DNA from: an archaeon
GTDB lineage: Archaea > Micrarchaeota > Micrarchaeia > Norongarragalinales > UBA97
DNA length: 59,371 nucleotides
Direction: 5' to 3'
Assembly: GCA_020057405.1 (NCBI GenBank)
Contig: JAGVFW010000007.1
Location: forward strand, 1-59,371
Part shown: in pieces, positions 12,801 through 19,694 of the stretch
Numbering within the stretch: position 1 is the first letter of the stretch
Layout of the letters: every line of letters starts with the position of its first letter
Translations under genes and position numbers: made by a program
Notes under the pieces: model-generated
What the model was told of the DNA's origin: nothing
Seen by the model: only the letters and a program-made list of their open reading frames with translations
Databases searched by the model: none

Positions 12801-15800
12801 GGGCTGCCGTTGAAGAAAATTCCGCTTGAGGCGGTTGACGCAGTTCCGTTCTCCCAGAAGTTGCACCCGCGGACGGTGATGTTGTCGAGGCCGGTTGTGC
12901 TGAAGTTGGCCCCCATGCCCGGGCCGGCTTGGGCGTAGAAGATGTTGTACCCGCCGCAGTCAAGGGTGACGTTCGAGGTGGTGAAGGCAAAGCAGTTGGC
13001 GTTGTTTGCCACGCTCGTGTTTAGTTGGTAGAGTGAATTCCACCCGTCCTGCGCTCCGCGGTAGGAGAGCGCCTGGCAACCGGAAATTGCGTATGCGTTG
13101 GTCGTGGTGAGCGTGAAGATTGGCGTCACGTTCATCGCGATTTCATTGTCCCAGACGTAAACTCTCCAGCGGAGTGTCGCGCCCGGCGTGGAGTTTAGCA
13201 CTGCAGTCATGTTCGTCTGGTTGACTGTGCCGTTGAGGGCGGCGTTTACCGTCACGTTGTAGAACGTGCCGTTGCCGTTGTCAAACTCAAACGAGTAGTT
13301 CATCAGCTGGATGTCGTCCGTCCAGTTGACGATGAACTTTGTCGACTGGCCGGCTTGAGCCCCATCAGTGCGGTTGTTCGACCACTGGGGCGGCTGGGCG
13401 GTGGCGTAGCTGACGTCGAGGTACGGCCTCCAGCCGGGCGTGGCGTGGTCGCCGGCCGCCCACGAGCCGTTTAGGGAGCCGGCTCCGCTGCCGCTTACGT
13501 TGAAGCCGACTTTGAACAGGTCGTCGCCTGCAGCAACGCTACTGATGTTCAATAACGCATTGGCGTTCATGGTGAAGTTAACGAGTCCGCTTGCGGTTTT
13601 GCAGAGGGTGCTCTGGTTGTACAGCGTGCCGTTGTTGATGTCGGCCCACAGCAGCGTGTTGCCGGCAGTGTTGTCGCCGTAGGCACTCACATTCGCGTTA
13701 AGCTCGTTGAACGCGCAGCGTGGCGCCTGAGTCGTTGGGTTGAGATAAATGGTTATGTTAGCTGCCGAGATGCTCGCGCCGCTGGGTATGGTGCTGACGT
13801 TGAAGACCAGGAACGCAAGAAAGTTTGATTCTTCAGACGCGCCGCAGGCAAGGGACCAAACATCGAACCCATTCAAATTGGTGTTAGTGTGCCTGATGTA
13901 GGCGCTGGCGTCGCAGGCTATGCCGATGTGGCCGTCGGAAGTGCCGGTGGTGTTGGTGTAGAAGCGGACGGTCGTCGGCTGTGAGGTGGGGTACGCGCCG
14001 TGGTACTGCAGCTGGACTGTTTGGCTTGAGGTGAGGGAGAAGTTAGTCGTATTATAGTAAGTCAGGTTGAACCACGAGAAGTTGTAGGGCGTGTAGTTGA
14101 TGTTGGTTGCGGCGTTGCCGATTGATTGCGTGATGAGTAGCCAGCTTGTGAGGCCGCTTGAGTCGGTCACCTGGTTTAGGTACATCGGGTTGGTGTTGAG
14201 GCCCGAGGCGTTTGAGACATTCACGCGCGCGCCGGGGATGAGCGTGCCGTTGTCAAAGCTCGCGTTCGCCCGCACGTACCACTGGATTGTCAGGTTGTTG
14301 CCACTGCCAGCTCCCCACGCGACTACCGACTGCGAGAAAGTCGTGTTCTTCACCGTCAGGTTCGAGCTGTCGCCAAGGAACAAGTCATCAGTGAGGCTTG
14401 CGCAGCCGGAACTGCAGGTGTTGATGACGCTATTGTTCATCAAAGTCAGGCGCGAGTTGCTCGCGTTGAAGCCCGCCTGCTTGTAGGTGACAGTCAGGTT
14501 CTCGAATGTCGTGTAGTTGGTCGCGTTGAGGAACACGCCTGTCGACGTGGTTGCCGAGACTGTTGCCACGTCGCTTGTAATCGTGGCGTTAGTGCTGTTG
14601 ACTAAGATTAGGCCGTGGGAAGTTGCACCCGACGTTGTGTAGTTGTTTGCAGATGCAGTCAAGCCCGCAATGTCAGTTAGCACGGCGGCGTGCGAGCTGG
14701 ATGTCGTCGTCATCACCGCGTTATTAAGCAGCGTGAGGTTGCCCGCCGGGTTGCCCGTGCCCGAGCCGTTAAGGTAGATTGCGGGCGAGCCGGTGCTCGA
14801 CGAGTTTTGGAAGAACTTGCAGTTCTTTATCGTCACGTTGTCCCAGCCCGTGGCGCTGAAGTTGATGCCAACGCCGGGGTTGCTCTGGCCGTAGAAGATG
14901 GAATAACCTGCGCAGTCTAAAGTCACGTTCGCCGAGCCAATGGTGAGGCAGTTGCTAGCGCCGAACATGCTCTGGTTTACACTGTAAAGCGAGTTCCATC
15001 CCGCGCCACTCGTAGGGCCGTTGTATGCAACCGTTTGGCAACTGCCGACCGTGCCGCCGCCCTCGGGCGCGCCTGCAGTGTAGCGTACGATGAGCCTTGG
15101 TTTCCAGGCGGCGGTTGCGCTTTCACTTGAGGAGATTAAGCCGATTACCATGGTGTTTCCGTCCTGGCTTGAGTTGATGCCGAGCCGGAACAAGTTGTTG
15201 CCCGTCAGGACGCTTTGTATGTCCGTTAGCGCCTGTGCGGTGAGCGTGACGTTCTTCAGGCCGGTTGAGGTGCACCAGTTACTGTAATTGTAGGCCGTGC
15301 CGTTGTTCATGTCAGCAAAGAATGCCGCGTTGCCGGCTGCATTGTCGGCGTAGTCGCTTGCATTGGCGTCAAGGGGCATGATTCCGCAGTTGTTATTGCC
15401 AACCCCGGTTTCCACGTAGGCGGTCAGGTTTACCTCGTTTATTGTTGACGTGCTCGGAATGTAGGTGGTGTTGAAGATTATCCATGCCCGATAGTTGACG
15501 GGGCCGGTATCACAGGGCGGCACCATCGTGCTCTTGCCGATGCTCAGCGTGCTTCCGGAAGTGGTGCGCGTGTAGGTGGGGCACTCGTCGTCGCCGATGT
15601 GCCCGTCGCTGGTGCTCGTCTGGTTGATGTAGAGCCCTATCGTGGGGTCGATTGTGACAGGGTACTGGCGGCCCGCGTCTGCAAGCCAAATTGGGTCGGC
15701 GTTCACGGTGATGCGCTTGCCGTTGCCCGAGAGCGTCATCGTCACTGCGTTTGAGAATGCGCCTGCGGCGTCTGTCATGAATGGTGCTTGCGCCACGAAG

Positions 15801-17701
15801 ACGGGAGCGCTCGAGCGGCTGTCCGTAAAGAGTATGTCGTTGCCCGACTGCTCGGCGTCAAGGTTGCGCGTGTTGATGTTGTAGGTGAAGGTGGTCGGGG
15901 CCTGGACGGTATTGAGGATGATTTCCTCCTTTATGCCCGCGCTCGTGCTGGTCAGCTTGAGGTCGGTGTTTGCAAAGGCAGTGGCGTATGTTACGCTGTT
16001 TGCGTCTGAAGCGGCGATTGCGCTGTTGCGGGCACCCACGAGCTTGAATTCCACGCGGGCATCTCCCGCCTCGATTTCGTAGTCCGTGGGGCTTGCAAGG
16101 TCGCCTGAGAAAGTGCCCTTGACCTTATTGGCTTTGGTGCGCAGTTTCTGGCCGACTTGCTCTAGCGCCGTGTCAATCTCTACGAGCTGGCCGTTTTCCT
16201 CGAAAAATAGGTCGCCGGAAGAGATTTCGGCTGTTATCGAGCCGTCGTCGTTGAGGAAATGCCTAGAGAACTTGCTGCGTTTTTCAACAAGCTCGCGCAG
16301 GCGCTTTACTGCTTTCTTTTCGTCCTTCGCGAGCTTCTTTCTCAGCTTCTCGCTGGAGACGAAGGTGAATACGTCTGTCGCATTCCAGTTGCCGTAGGAG
16401 TCGTTTGCGAAGACGCGCCAGCGCGAGGTGCCGTTGGCGGTGACGGCCTTCGAACGGCTGCTGTAGTTTGCAACGCCGTTCATCTCGGTCCAAGAGTCGT
16501 TGGAAAAGTTGCCATTGCCATCGTCAAACTCGAGGATAAAGCCCGAAAGGCTCGTGTTGTCCACCCAAAAGACGGAGAACGTAGTAAGCAGAGACTTGTC
16601 GTCCTCAGTTGTCGTGTTTTCAAACCATTTTGGCGCCTCGGTATCAAAAGGCAATGGCGTCGGGGTCGCGGTTGCTTGCGGGGCCGGCGTTAGCACGAGC
16701 TTGCGGACGCCTAACTTCACCGCGTCAAGGGCCAGCAGGACTTTTGGAAGCTGCGTGCTTGCGACGAGCTTGAATTTCATCGGCGCTGCAATCATGCCAA
16801 GCGTGTCCGCGTTTGCAGTGCATTCTTGGGTCTCAAGTTGCCCGCCGATTTCAATTCCGGGGCAAACGAGAGTCCACGTGTTGTCAATGAGTGCATACAC
16901 GTCAACAGTTGCCGCAGCTGAAGCGCTTTGGAAGAACACCGCGCGCGGGCCCGACGAGAAGTTGCCACCCGGAGTAGGCGTCGGGGTTGGAGTAGGTTCG
17001 GGCGTGGGTTCCGGCGTCGGCGTTTCAGCCGGCTGCGGAGTCGGCGTTATCTCCGGCGTTGGCTCGGGAGTCGGCGTCTCAGTAGCTTGCGGCGTCGGAG
17101 TAATTGTTTCGTTAGTCTCATTCGCCGCCGGCGTCGGGGTGATAGTTTCATTTGTTTCATTGCCAGCGGGCGTCGGGGTTATTGTTTCGTCAACCACATT
17201 CACGCCGCCAGCTTGCGGCGTCGGAGTAGCAGGTTCGACACTCGCCTCGACGCTTGGCTCCGGGGTTATTGTTTCATTCGCTTCCGGCGTCGCCTCAAGC
17301 ACCTCTGCCGCCGAGGCGGTTATCGCGATGGTAAACGAACTCCAGTCCTCCGGCGCTTCGCTTGCATTAAACTCGAGCTCAATTGAAGTCTGGTTCGGCG
17401 TTGCAAGCGGCAAGTCGGCGGTAATGCCGTCCTCCTCGTAGACCTGCAAAGTTATGACCGACGGCACAACGCCTGCGACGACTGCACTGTCAAGCGACAT
17501 CATCATAGCGCCGCCAAAGCCGCCGAAAAGAACGCCCGTAATTTCCTGGCTCAAAAGCCAGCCGAGCAGCACGAGCACAGTGGAGACTACGACTACGGTA
17601 GTTAAGGAAACTAGCCAGTCAGGCCTTTCCTTCCCTCCTCTCGACGCACCGCTAGTAGCGATGCTGGATGCCCTGCCGTGCATGGCACGAAAAGAAGGCA
17701 A
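896..17701 (-). CDS. Giant cell-surface glycoprotein/adhesin (5601 aa): N-terminal TM, PT-rich linker, Ig-like and WapA/DNRLRE-like domains, six right-handed beta-helix modules, two LamG-like domains, C-terminal pilin-like domain
   Basis: Uninterrupted 16.8-kb ORF (likely ATG at 17683). Very dense N-x-S/T sequons; NVTLDC.G and GIY..N.I..N beta-helix motifs; LamG motifs WHHVAGV...LYVDG...GSVDELHIWNRSL and WHFIVGQY...YVDG...GSIDAVKIWNRSI. Confidence 0.9.
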   Translation of the reverse strand: MPSFRAMHGRASSIATSGASRGGKERPDWLVSLTTVVVVSTVLVLLGWLLSQEITGVLFGGFGGAMMMSLDSAVVAGVVPSVITLQVYEEDGITADLPLATPNQTSIELEFNASEAPEDWSSFTIAITASAAEVLEATPEANETITPEPSVEASVEPATPTPQAGGVNVVDETITPTPAGNETNETITPTPAANETNETITPTPQATETPTPEPTPEITPTPQPAETPTPEPTPEPTPTPTPTPGGNFSSGPRAVFFQSASAAATVDVYALIDNTWTLVCPGIEIGGQLETQECTANADTLGMIAAPMKFKLVASTQLPKVLLALDAVKLGVRKLVLTPAPQATATPTPLPFDTEAPKWFENTTTEDDKSLLTTFSVFWVDNTSLSGFILEFDDGNGNFSNDSWTEMNGVANYSSRSKAVTANGTSRWRVFANDSYGNWNATDVFTFVSSEKLRKKLAKDEKKAVKRLRELVEKRSKFSRHFLNDDGSITAEISSGDLFFEENGQLVEIDTALEQVGQKLRTKANKVKGTFSGDLASPTDYEIEAGDARVEFKLVGARNSAIAASDANSVTYATAFANTDLKLTSTSAGIKEEIILNTVQAPTTFTYNINTRNLDAEQSGNDILFTDSRSSAPVFVAQAPFMTDAAGAFSNAVTMTLSGNGKRITVNADPIWLADAGRQYPVTIDPTIGLYINQTSTSDGHIGDDECPTYTRTTSGSTLSIGKSTMVPPCDTGPVNYRAWIIFNTTYIPSTSTINEVNLTAYVETGVGNNNCGIMPLDANASDYADNAAGNAAFFADMNNGTAYNYSNWCTSTGLKNVTLTAQALTDIQSVLTGNNLFRLGINSSQDGNTMVIGLISSSESATAAWKPRLIVRYTAGAPEGGGTVGSCQTVAYNGPTSGAGWNSLYSVNQSMFGASNCLTIGSANVTLDCAGYSIFYGQSNPGVGINFSATGWDNVTIKNCKFFQNSSSTGSPAIYLNGSGTGNPAGNLTLLNNAVMTTTSSSHAAVLTDIAGLTASANNYTTSGATSHGLILVNSTNATITSDVATVSATTSTGVFLNATNYTTFENLTVTYKQAGFNASNSRLTLMNNSVINTCSSGCASLTDDLFLGDSSNLTVKNTTFSQSVVAWGAGSGNNLTIQWYVRANASFDNGTLIPGARVNVSNASGLNTNPMYLNQVTDSSGLTSWLLITQSIGNAATNINYTPYNFSWFNLTYYNTTNFSLTSSQTVQLQYHGAYPTSQPTTVRFYTNTTGTSDGHIGIACDASAYIRHTNTNLNGFDVWSLACGASEESNFLAFLVFNVSTIPSGASISAANITIYLNPTTQAPRCAFNELNANVSAYGDNTAGNTLLWADINNGTLYNQSTLCKTASGLVNFTMNANALLNISSVAAGDDLFKVGFNVSGSGAGSLNGSWAAGDHATPGWRPYLDVSYATAQPPQWSNNRTDGAQAGQSTKFIVNWTDDIQLMNYSFEFDNGNGTFYNVTVNAALNGTVNQTNMTAVLNSTPGATLRWRVYVWDNEIAMNVTPIFTLTTTNAYAISGCQALSYRGAQDGWNSLYQLNTSVANNANCFAFTTSNVTLDCGGYNIFYAQAGPGMGANFSTTGLDNITVRGCNFWENGTASTASSGIFFNGSPSTLALNLTIYNNSFRTNSLRSVGVQVATANQTNITGNTFTANGSTAHAINLTNSTYSWIATNVMTTNASNAYGIFVLNSNFSNITSNVINTNTSTGIYFAAYAVNQNVSKNTIVTNGTSSNGIQTVTAFGFLNVSENTIDLNGTAAYAVIFSGSNQNLFIQSNTLRTNSSGNPISVASTANANITGNTLVARGTAAGISAAASVNVTGNSITTWGGGSGFASSNGMAGGWISGNTIVINGSGNGISLSAISNVIISNNTIYTNSTSNNGISVSWALGGNANNRIDNNVIISNGTSAVGIREVDGTNVNVSFNYIKTSGTQGYGIYVSGTTTQNFVNFSYNNILTNGSYAHGIYISSVVAKVNFTGNTILTNGTGAYGVLIEKATSVNFTNTTIASRGGALAVNGSASIQFVNGSITPCTSGCDAAYFDLNLSGNSGLRLLNTTFNRSAVTWGAGTGNNLTLDWYARANVTWTNSTPIVGALVNITNATNPATNPMFANLVAGTDGATPWWTVTQFFGNNTVNTSFTPHNFTAYNLTSGAISNFNSTNATINSSQTAWITMSSITHTNCDSLAYRGTEEGLNSLYTLSADIAASANCFTITTSNVTLDCLGHRVYYGQAGPGMGVNFSTTGLDNVTIRGCNFISNNSAASNSPALYFNGTAANKATNLTLFNNSIVTNGAGASGIYLNNTLTVNISKSSIYTNGASAHAVNVTNSSSLTISNNTITTNATGAYGVYLQTTNNTNLSSNVFILNTSTAAYIHQGYLERIALNTININGSISEASNGILLSSSFASNVTSNTVYTNGTSSYGIQLYQAGSNTVDFNTIGTNGSIAYGIYGNSLSTVNNFSFNTVRTQSGDGIQIGDSSSQLVSRNTVYANASSLAGIRIYAFGGPAVQNNIIENNLVQNNATTGYGIGVSCASDGGNCNSNTIQSNVVSTFGATGTGIRIENQGGTVDSTVVWRNSVNTTGSTSHGIYLAAANWANVTDNAVNTSGTTAHGVYIDGNSGVGAADGSNVSENAVYTYGAQAMGIYASASHYGNYTNNTVTTAGTGEAHAAHFYNSLNNTLSHNTFRPGAIGPYSLYLNGSNYTASSYDVIDGNGKSTMLNLTNSRLSTFTNDTIKIGSITSGVSVAVTLDSNATLTNTTTQINTEIPPKKISYQFGTANAITQKWYARANVTWTNSTPIVGAFVNVTNATNPATNPLHFNQPADSTGATGWLLVTEFIGNSTANVTYTPHNFTAYNLTAGTISNFNSTNASVTSTQTVWITLSSVPTTNCGPLYYTGATDGWNTLYTVGADLTAAGTCYTIAGNNVTLDCLGHRIRYAQTLNGSGVNFSTLGLDNVTIRGCIFDANSSVMNITTALNITGASGDYSNNITIYNNTLVSNGDWPFRTFNVLMTFVSNSNMSSNNVTHIAGEVALELEAVHNTFFASNNIMDLFAGYSAIGYGGTAYGNTFRANNITVTGGSTNGYQTGGQAVINNTFEYNLVFDTASPAFGNIGHPIWLRTSANNNTIRFNTINTTGTLGHGILVQGNNNILQSNTINTTGNLSSGIVLLGSSATGNVVIGNTINTTGVNSSGINLTTAPLNNITFNRVRTYGAESSALYARDSNFAIIRSNTLNATGSAAFALLLFASNGTNSSLNTMQANSGGVNSTRSSRNNTLEMDSIIRCGACASTYADFILEYDSNLTAVNATFNQSAVSWGSGTKNNLTIRWYARANVTWTNYTPIVGARVNITNATSAAGNQMHANLLVGSDGATAWSLVTQFEGNNTANFSYTPHNFTVVNYSQSAWQLNNTNATMNASMTVWITLSQTTPSSCGALAYHGAERGLNSLYTLSNDVASAGNCFTFTTPNITLDCLGYNVYYAQSGTGMGANFSTTGLDNITVQGCNFWENSTSANSTGIYFNGTPTDASKNITIYNNSFRTNSLQSVGVQIENSNQTNVTGNIFTTTGWGAVALNYSNSSYIWIATNVMTTNATNAVPIYFKTSNNYTNITGNSIVSNTSTGIQFGMYATGENITGNTIRINGSNSPTIYGIYISAGGTVGFGAVNISRNTIDINSTGAAAITISNGNTGTTMFVTGNVISTNGSGGSAISGAYTGVVNATSNTIVLRGATAGGINVAGNITGNRITLLGTSETGISGGGTTTVKYITENTIFLNNTGSIGISVAQLDGGIINNNTIQGNGTNAIAIKSFTSISGNTLMAIEGNQIKLNATGSQGIYESDGSGVNVSYNYIKTFGSQSYGIYVIRTTTQGFVNFSYNNILTNDSYAHGIYVAASSGTVGIINFTGNAISTNGTGAYGILLERATAVNFTNTTITSRAGAIASNGSYANQFVNGTINYCTAGCDANYFDVNLTGNSDLRLLNTTINQSAINWGAGLANNLTIQWYARANVTWTNSTPINGANVNVTNATSATTNPMFLNLVAGADGATPWWVVTQFFGNNTANVTYTPHNFSATNYSQGTWQFNGTNATVNRSQTVWVALTQVTPATSQTCGALAYRGAEEAENSLYTLTTDVASDANCFTITSPNVTLDCLGYNVFYAQTGIGLGVNFSAEGFDNITIRGCTFVQNGTSQNSSAIYLNGTGNNIAINLTIRNNTILTNGASSIGILFNNTRTLNITLNTVVTNGTTAGALNITNSSSVTIFANTLTANGSRSPAIGLRTTNSTNITANTLYTNGSNAVGINVGISSLNNWIISNTITTNGSSANGILFPTNAKANVTGNTIVTRGASAPGIATGSSSVGMMFNVTRNSITTWGDNSNGISIASSQSTPIITENTIVTNGTSSNGISDCGSTNGILSNNTIYTNGSSANALALSKCTSGNSDNVAEYNILITNGTSATALHGQDGTNNNISYNYLKTFGTSSYGIYLTSLGSAQQFVNYSYNNILTNGTSAHGIYGQTGTFPPADINFTGNAISTNGTGAYGVYMQDAYATNFTNTTITSRAGGIKADNALGNQFINGTINYCTAGCDAGYFDINMSTSSDLRLLNTTFNRSAVLWDVSANNNLTIDWFVRANVTWSNYTVIPGAYVNITNATSATTNPLLSNLVTDSTGVTGWFTVTQFIGNNTVNANYTPHVLTAVNYSNTNTTNATMNASQTVWITFSNNGLYLGSVTVGPATIDLTPGPDNTSIACWSTLIDFNGFGSATASGTLEETALYTKLSAYGTANLSLGVMNNTVVNDSASVFSPYRSNSFTPTNGTYFSTPLRPSGASSGTTLAQANWSWFEAAGLNAEDVVIASLHFENDTKDSSRFNNSGSLGNGTVAATPIFNNSCKIGGCFQFNGFNQFLRLKNGELNFNRTNEYTIAFWVKDNQSATNGALVEKWAGNGGYPFAFRSLPSGSARQVRFLIYNGTLNPGVTGGDISGGGWHHVAGVVNGTQLTNRSIVLYVDGTMVGSGNFTIMAGDINNSDLLSVGARGASSSFYNGSVDELHIWNRSLTSSEISQLIAWENNSDNRGNEGFIHNFTNVSLAFRAKNYTFNDSQLVGWWDLGDSSGNETEALKSLDLSGKGYIATFANTTNASLFPTLNTTSCVVGRCLDFGGVKRQIALTSLTIPAGWFNQSGVTYAAWVKTGSAVASSKAIVGQPNSEVSGNFYVYGGLLMNSSFKAGFMAYTGTVYQIAAGGPAINDNLWHFIVGQYNLTHMSVYVDGSLVNSTPYVDATWTTVPAVNVRIGSPQQITGSSNNYWDGSIDAVKIWNRSITAAEITALYGQGAPSNGSGQESNWSAWTQEYYGNGNASVTGAVGKISQFRASFNATSSNYSAFLKNVTLSFYNASYQRIGIYNASCSTVSANSTGGTANCSFQMRYFYPAGSWSCTVNASDAAASTASRTTTATVNTLVAITVNPSAVAFGTISPGGTSTAQSLNVTNWGNTVLDMTYQDTNLTGPTPNFRNITFDNIKYAWDTTMSDETAFTERGGDSTPNSSYDLAVATVALTSNRTHYFDLHVPSGIIADTYNGFIDFVASQS
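3500..15045 (-). repeat. Six large intragenic beta-helix module repeats
   Basis: Head motif C..L.Y.G...NSLY...NVTLDC.G...NFS..G.DN.TI at ~15040, 13080, 11100, 8975, 7350, 5320. Tail motif WY.RANVTW.N.TPI.GA.VN...YTPHNF at ~14280, 11410, 9290, 7660, 5640, 3770. Confidence 0.85.
16975..17290 (-). repeat. Pro/Thr/Glu low-complexity repeats (ETITPTP, EPTP) in the giant protein
   Basis: Visible in the translation. Confidence 0.85.
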
Positions 17702-17743
17702 AAGGGCACTTAAATACTACGCCGTCAGAGGTTTTCCCGAAAA

Positions 17744-18619
17744 CTAGATGCTTTCAAGGACTGCCGCGAGTGCTAGTGCCGCTATGGAATTAAAGAGCAG
17801 AAGCCCGATGTCGATTGCAATGAGCTTGAACTGGGGTTTAGTGTGGTGCTTGTGCATAATCGCAACGCTAAGCACGCCCCCCGCAATCGCCGCGAGGAAA
17901 TACGCCCCGACTTCAAGCATGCCGTGCGGGAGGATGCGGATGAACACGCTGACGAACTCGCCAAAACCGAACTGCCTAAACTGCTCGCCGATGAAAATGC
18001 CAATGACGCTCGCATTCCACAAAAGCAAGTAGATGGCGCCGACCCCGTAGATGAAGCTGAAGAAGAACATGAACAGAAGCACGACCGTATTGTGTTCAAA
18101 GAGCTTCCAAGCCAGGCCGGGCTTGATCACGCGGCCGCTCACCTCGTAGATGCGCACGAAATTCTGGCCGTTCTCGTTAACCACTTCCGAGCGCGTGGTC
18201 TTGACAAACTCGACTCCAAGGCGCGAGATTTCCTGCTGCTGGGGCCCGAACACGGTTGCGCCAATGGCATCGGGAAGAAACGCGTACCAAAGCAGGTAGG
18301 CGACGAAAGCGCCGGCAAAAAAGAGGGAAAACACCTTCAAAAGCGGCAAGTGGTACTGCCACGCGCGCTTTTGCTCAAGAAGCGCGAGCCGCTTTTCCTC
18401 CTCGTCCTCCTCTTTTATCAAAAGCGAGAGGATAAGCGGGATTGCGGGCGCAAAAGCAAACGTGAGGGCCGCCCCAGCCAGATTGGGCAACGCGATGTTG
18501 ATGAGCACTGCCAAGGACACGAAAAGAACGGCGAGAAAGAAAATCAGGCTCGGCCGTTCCCTAGCGTAACTCGGGTCAACAATTTCCTCAAGCATAGTCG
18601 CGGTCTCCTCGCCACGCAA
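17744..18619 (-). CDS. SpoIIM/DUF95-family membrane protein
   Basis: Multi-TM; HN...L.WNASVIG and ILPHGMLEVGAYFLAAIAG motifs. Confidence 0.8.
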   Translation of the reverse strand: MRGEETATMLEEIVDPSYARERPSLIFFLAVLFVSLAVLINIALPNLAGAALTFAFAPAIPLILSLLIKEEDEEEKRLALLEQKRAWQYHLPLLKVFSLFFAGAFVAYLLWYAFLPDAIGATVFGPQQQEISRLGVEFVKTTRSEVVNENGQNFVRIYEVSGRVIKPGLAWKLFEHNTVVLLFMFFFSFIYGVGAIYLLLWNASVIGIFIGEQFRQFGFGEFVSVFIRILPHGMLEVGAYFLAAIAGGVLSVAIMHKHHTKPQFKLIAIDIGLLLFNSIAALALAAVLESI

Positions 18620-18780
18620 ATAAATGCGGTGTAGTTAATAAAGAAAACGCAAGGACGACCGCACTTTGCGACGAAAAGGCTCGGCGCCCATTGCAGGAGC
18701 AGAATTGCCAGTTCGGCGCCCTTTTAAATCCGGCCTGATTTAAATAATCCGAGCGTCTTTTATTGTGTTGGTGAAGTTAG

Positions 18781-18972
18781 ATGGAAGTTGACATTAACCT
18801 CTTGTACAAGGAGATGAAGACCTTGCACAAGGAAGTCGAAAAAAACAATGCCCTTCTTCTTAGCCTAATTCCTGAGGAGAAAGTCAGCGGAAAGGAACTG
18901 GCGCAGCTGCGCAAGATAAAGGCTGAAATGGATTCTGGCAAGGCCACGCCTTACTCGAAGTCGCTCTTCTAG
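18781..18972 (+). CDS. Putative antitoxin
   Basis: 63 aa, GGTGA SD, directly upstream of a RelE-like gene. Confidence 0.65.
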   Translation: MEVDINLLYKEMKTLHKEVEKNNALLLSLIPEEKVSGKELAQLRKIKAEMDSGKATPYSKSLF

Positions 18973-18989
18973 TTTTACGGTGATTTTCC

Positions 18990-19256
18990 TTGTTTTCCGT
19001 TGTGCTAAGCAACAATGCGCTCAAGGCGTTGCGCAAGTCCGACGCAAAGATGCGCAAGAGAGTGCACGCCGTCATTGCCGTCCTTGGCAGCGAGCCAGTG
19101 CCGGTAAAACATTTCGACGTTTTGAAGCTTGAAGGAGCCGATGGCTACTACCGCATTAGGCTCTCAAGCTACCGACTCAAGTACTTTGTCAACTGGAACG
19201 ACAAGAAAATCCAAATTCTCGACTTTGAACGAAGAGACGAGCACACTTACGGATAA
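18990..19256 (+). CDS. RelE/ParE-family toxin
   Basis: F.V.LS..A.K.L.K...KLEG...YRIRLSSYRLKY...ILDFERR...Y pattern. Confidence 0.85.
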   Translation: MFSVVLSNNALKALRKSDAKMRKRVHAVIAVLGSEPVPVKHFDVLKLEGADGYYRIRLSSYRLKYFVNWNDKKIQILDFERRDEHTYG

Positions 19257-19301
19257 GGCCGGCACTGAACTAGGAATACCGCGCCAAAGCAAGGGGGAGA
19301 A

Positions 19302-19373
19302 AGCCTCCGAAGGGATTTGAACCCTCGACCTGTCGCTTACGAAGCGACCGCTCTACCGCTGAGCTACAGAGGC
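19302..19373 (-). tRNA. tRNA-Thr(CGT)
   Basis: Cloverleaf GCCTCTG...GTCGC-TTCGTAA-GCGAC...GGTTCAAATCC...CGGAGGC-T. Confidence 0.95.
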
Positions 19374-19400
19374 GCAAAATAATTAGCTTCGCGAATTCTC

Positions 19401-19688
19401 TTAAAGCCTTTGAAAGCCCTGGCCGGGAGCCGTGCATGCCTTGCGCGACATTTCAGTCACGATGTCGACCCTCGCGGCAATGGGCCGCGTCGTACGCAGG
19501 CTATTGGCAAAAGCGTCGACCCGCTCGGGAGTCGAGCAGGCGAGTATTTCGACGCTGCCGTCAGCAGAGTTCTTTGCGTAGCCCGCCACGCCGTGCTTGA
19601 CTGCCAGATTGTGGCAGTGTTCGCGGTAGCTCACGCCCTGCACTTTTCCTTGGACTAAAAACAGCGCTTCAACAAACTTGCCGGCCAT
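19401..19688 (-). CDS. acyP: Acylphosphatase
   Basis: V.GKVQGVSYR and GYAKN..DGSVE motifs. Confidence 0.9.
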   Translation of the reverse strand: MAGKFVEALFLVQGKVQGVSYREHCHNLAVKHGVAGYAKNSADGSVEILACSTPERVDAFANSLRTTRPIAARVDIVTEMSRKACTAPGQGFQRL

Positions 19689-19694
19689 AGGATT

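Noticed and set aside
3500-15045. Diversity-generating retroelement acting on the adhesin
   Set aside because: No reverse transcriptase and no template/variable repeat pair with adenine-specific mismatches seen.
1170-17441. Many plus-strand ORFs opposite the giant gene (e.g. 16500..17441)
   Set aside because: Antisense shadows of a biased, repetitive coding strand; no recognisable motifs.
18620-19300. Integrated element at tRNA-Thr carrying the RelE pair
   Set aside because: The TA pair abuts the tRNA 3' end, but I found no duplicated tRNA fragment or integrase.
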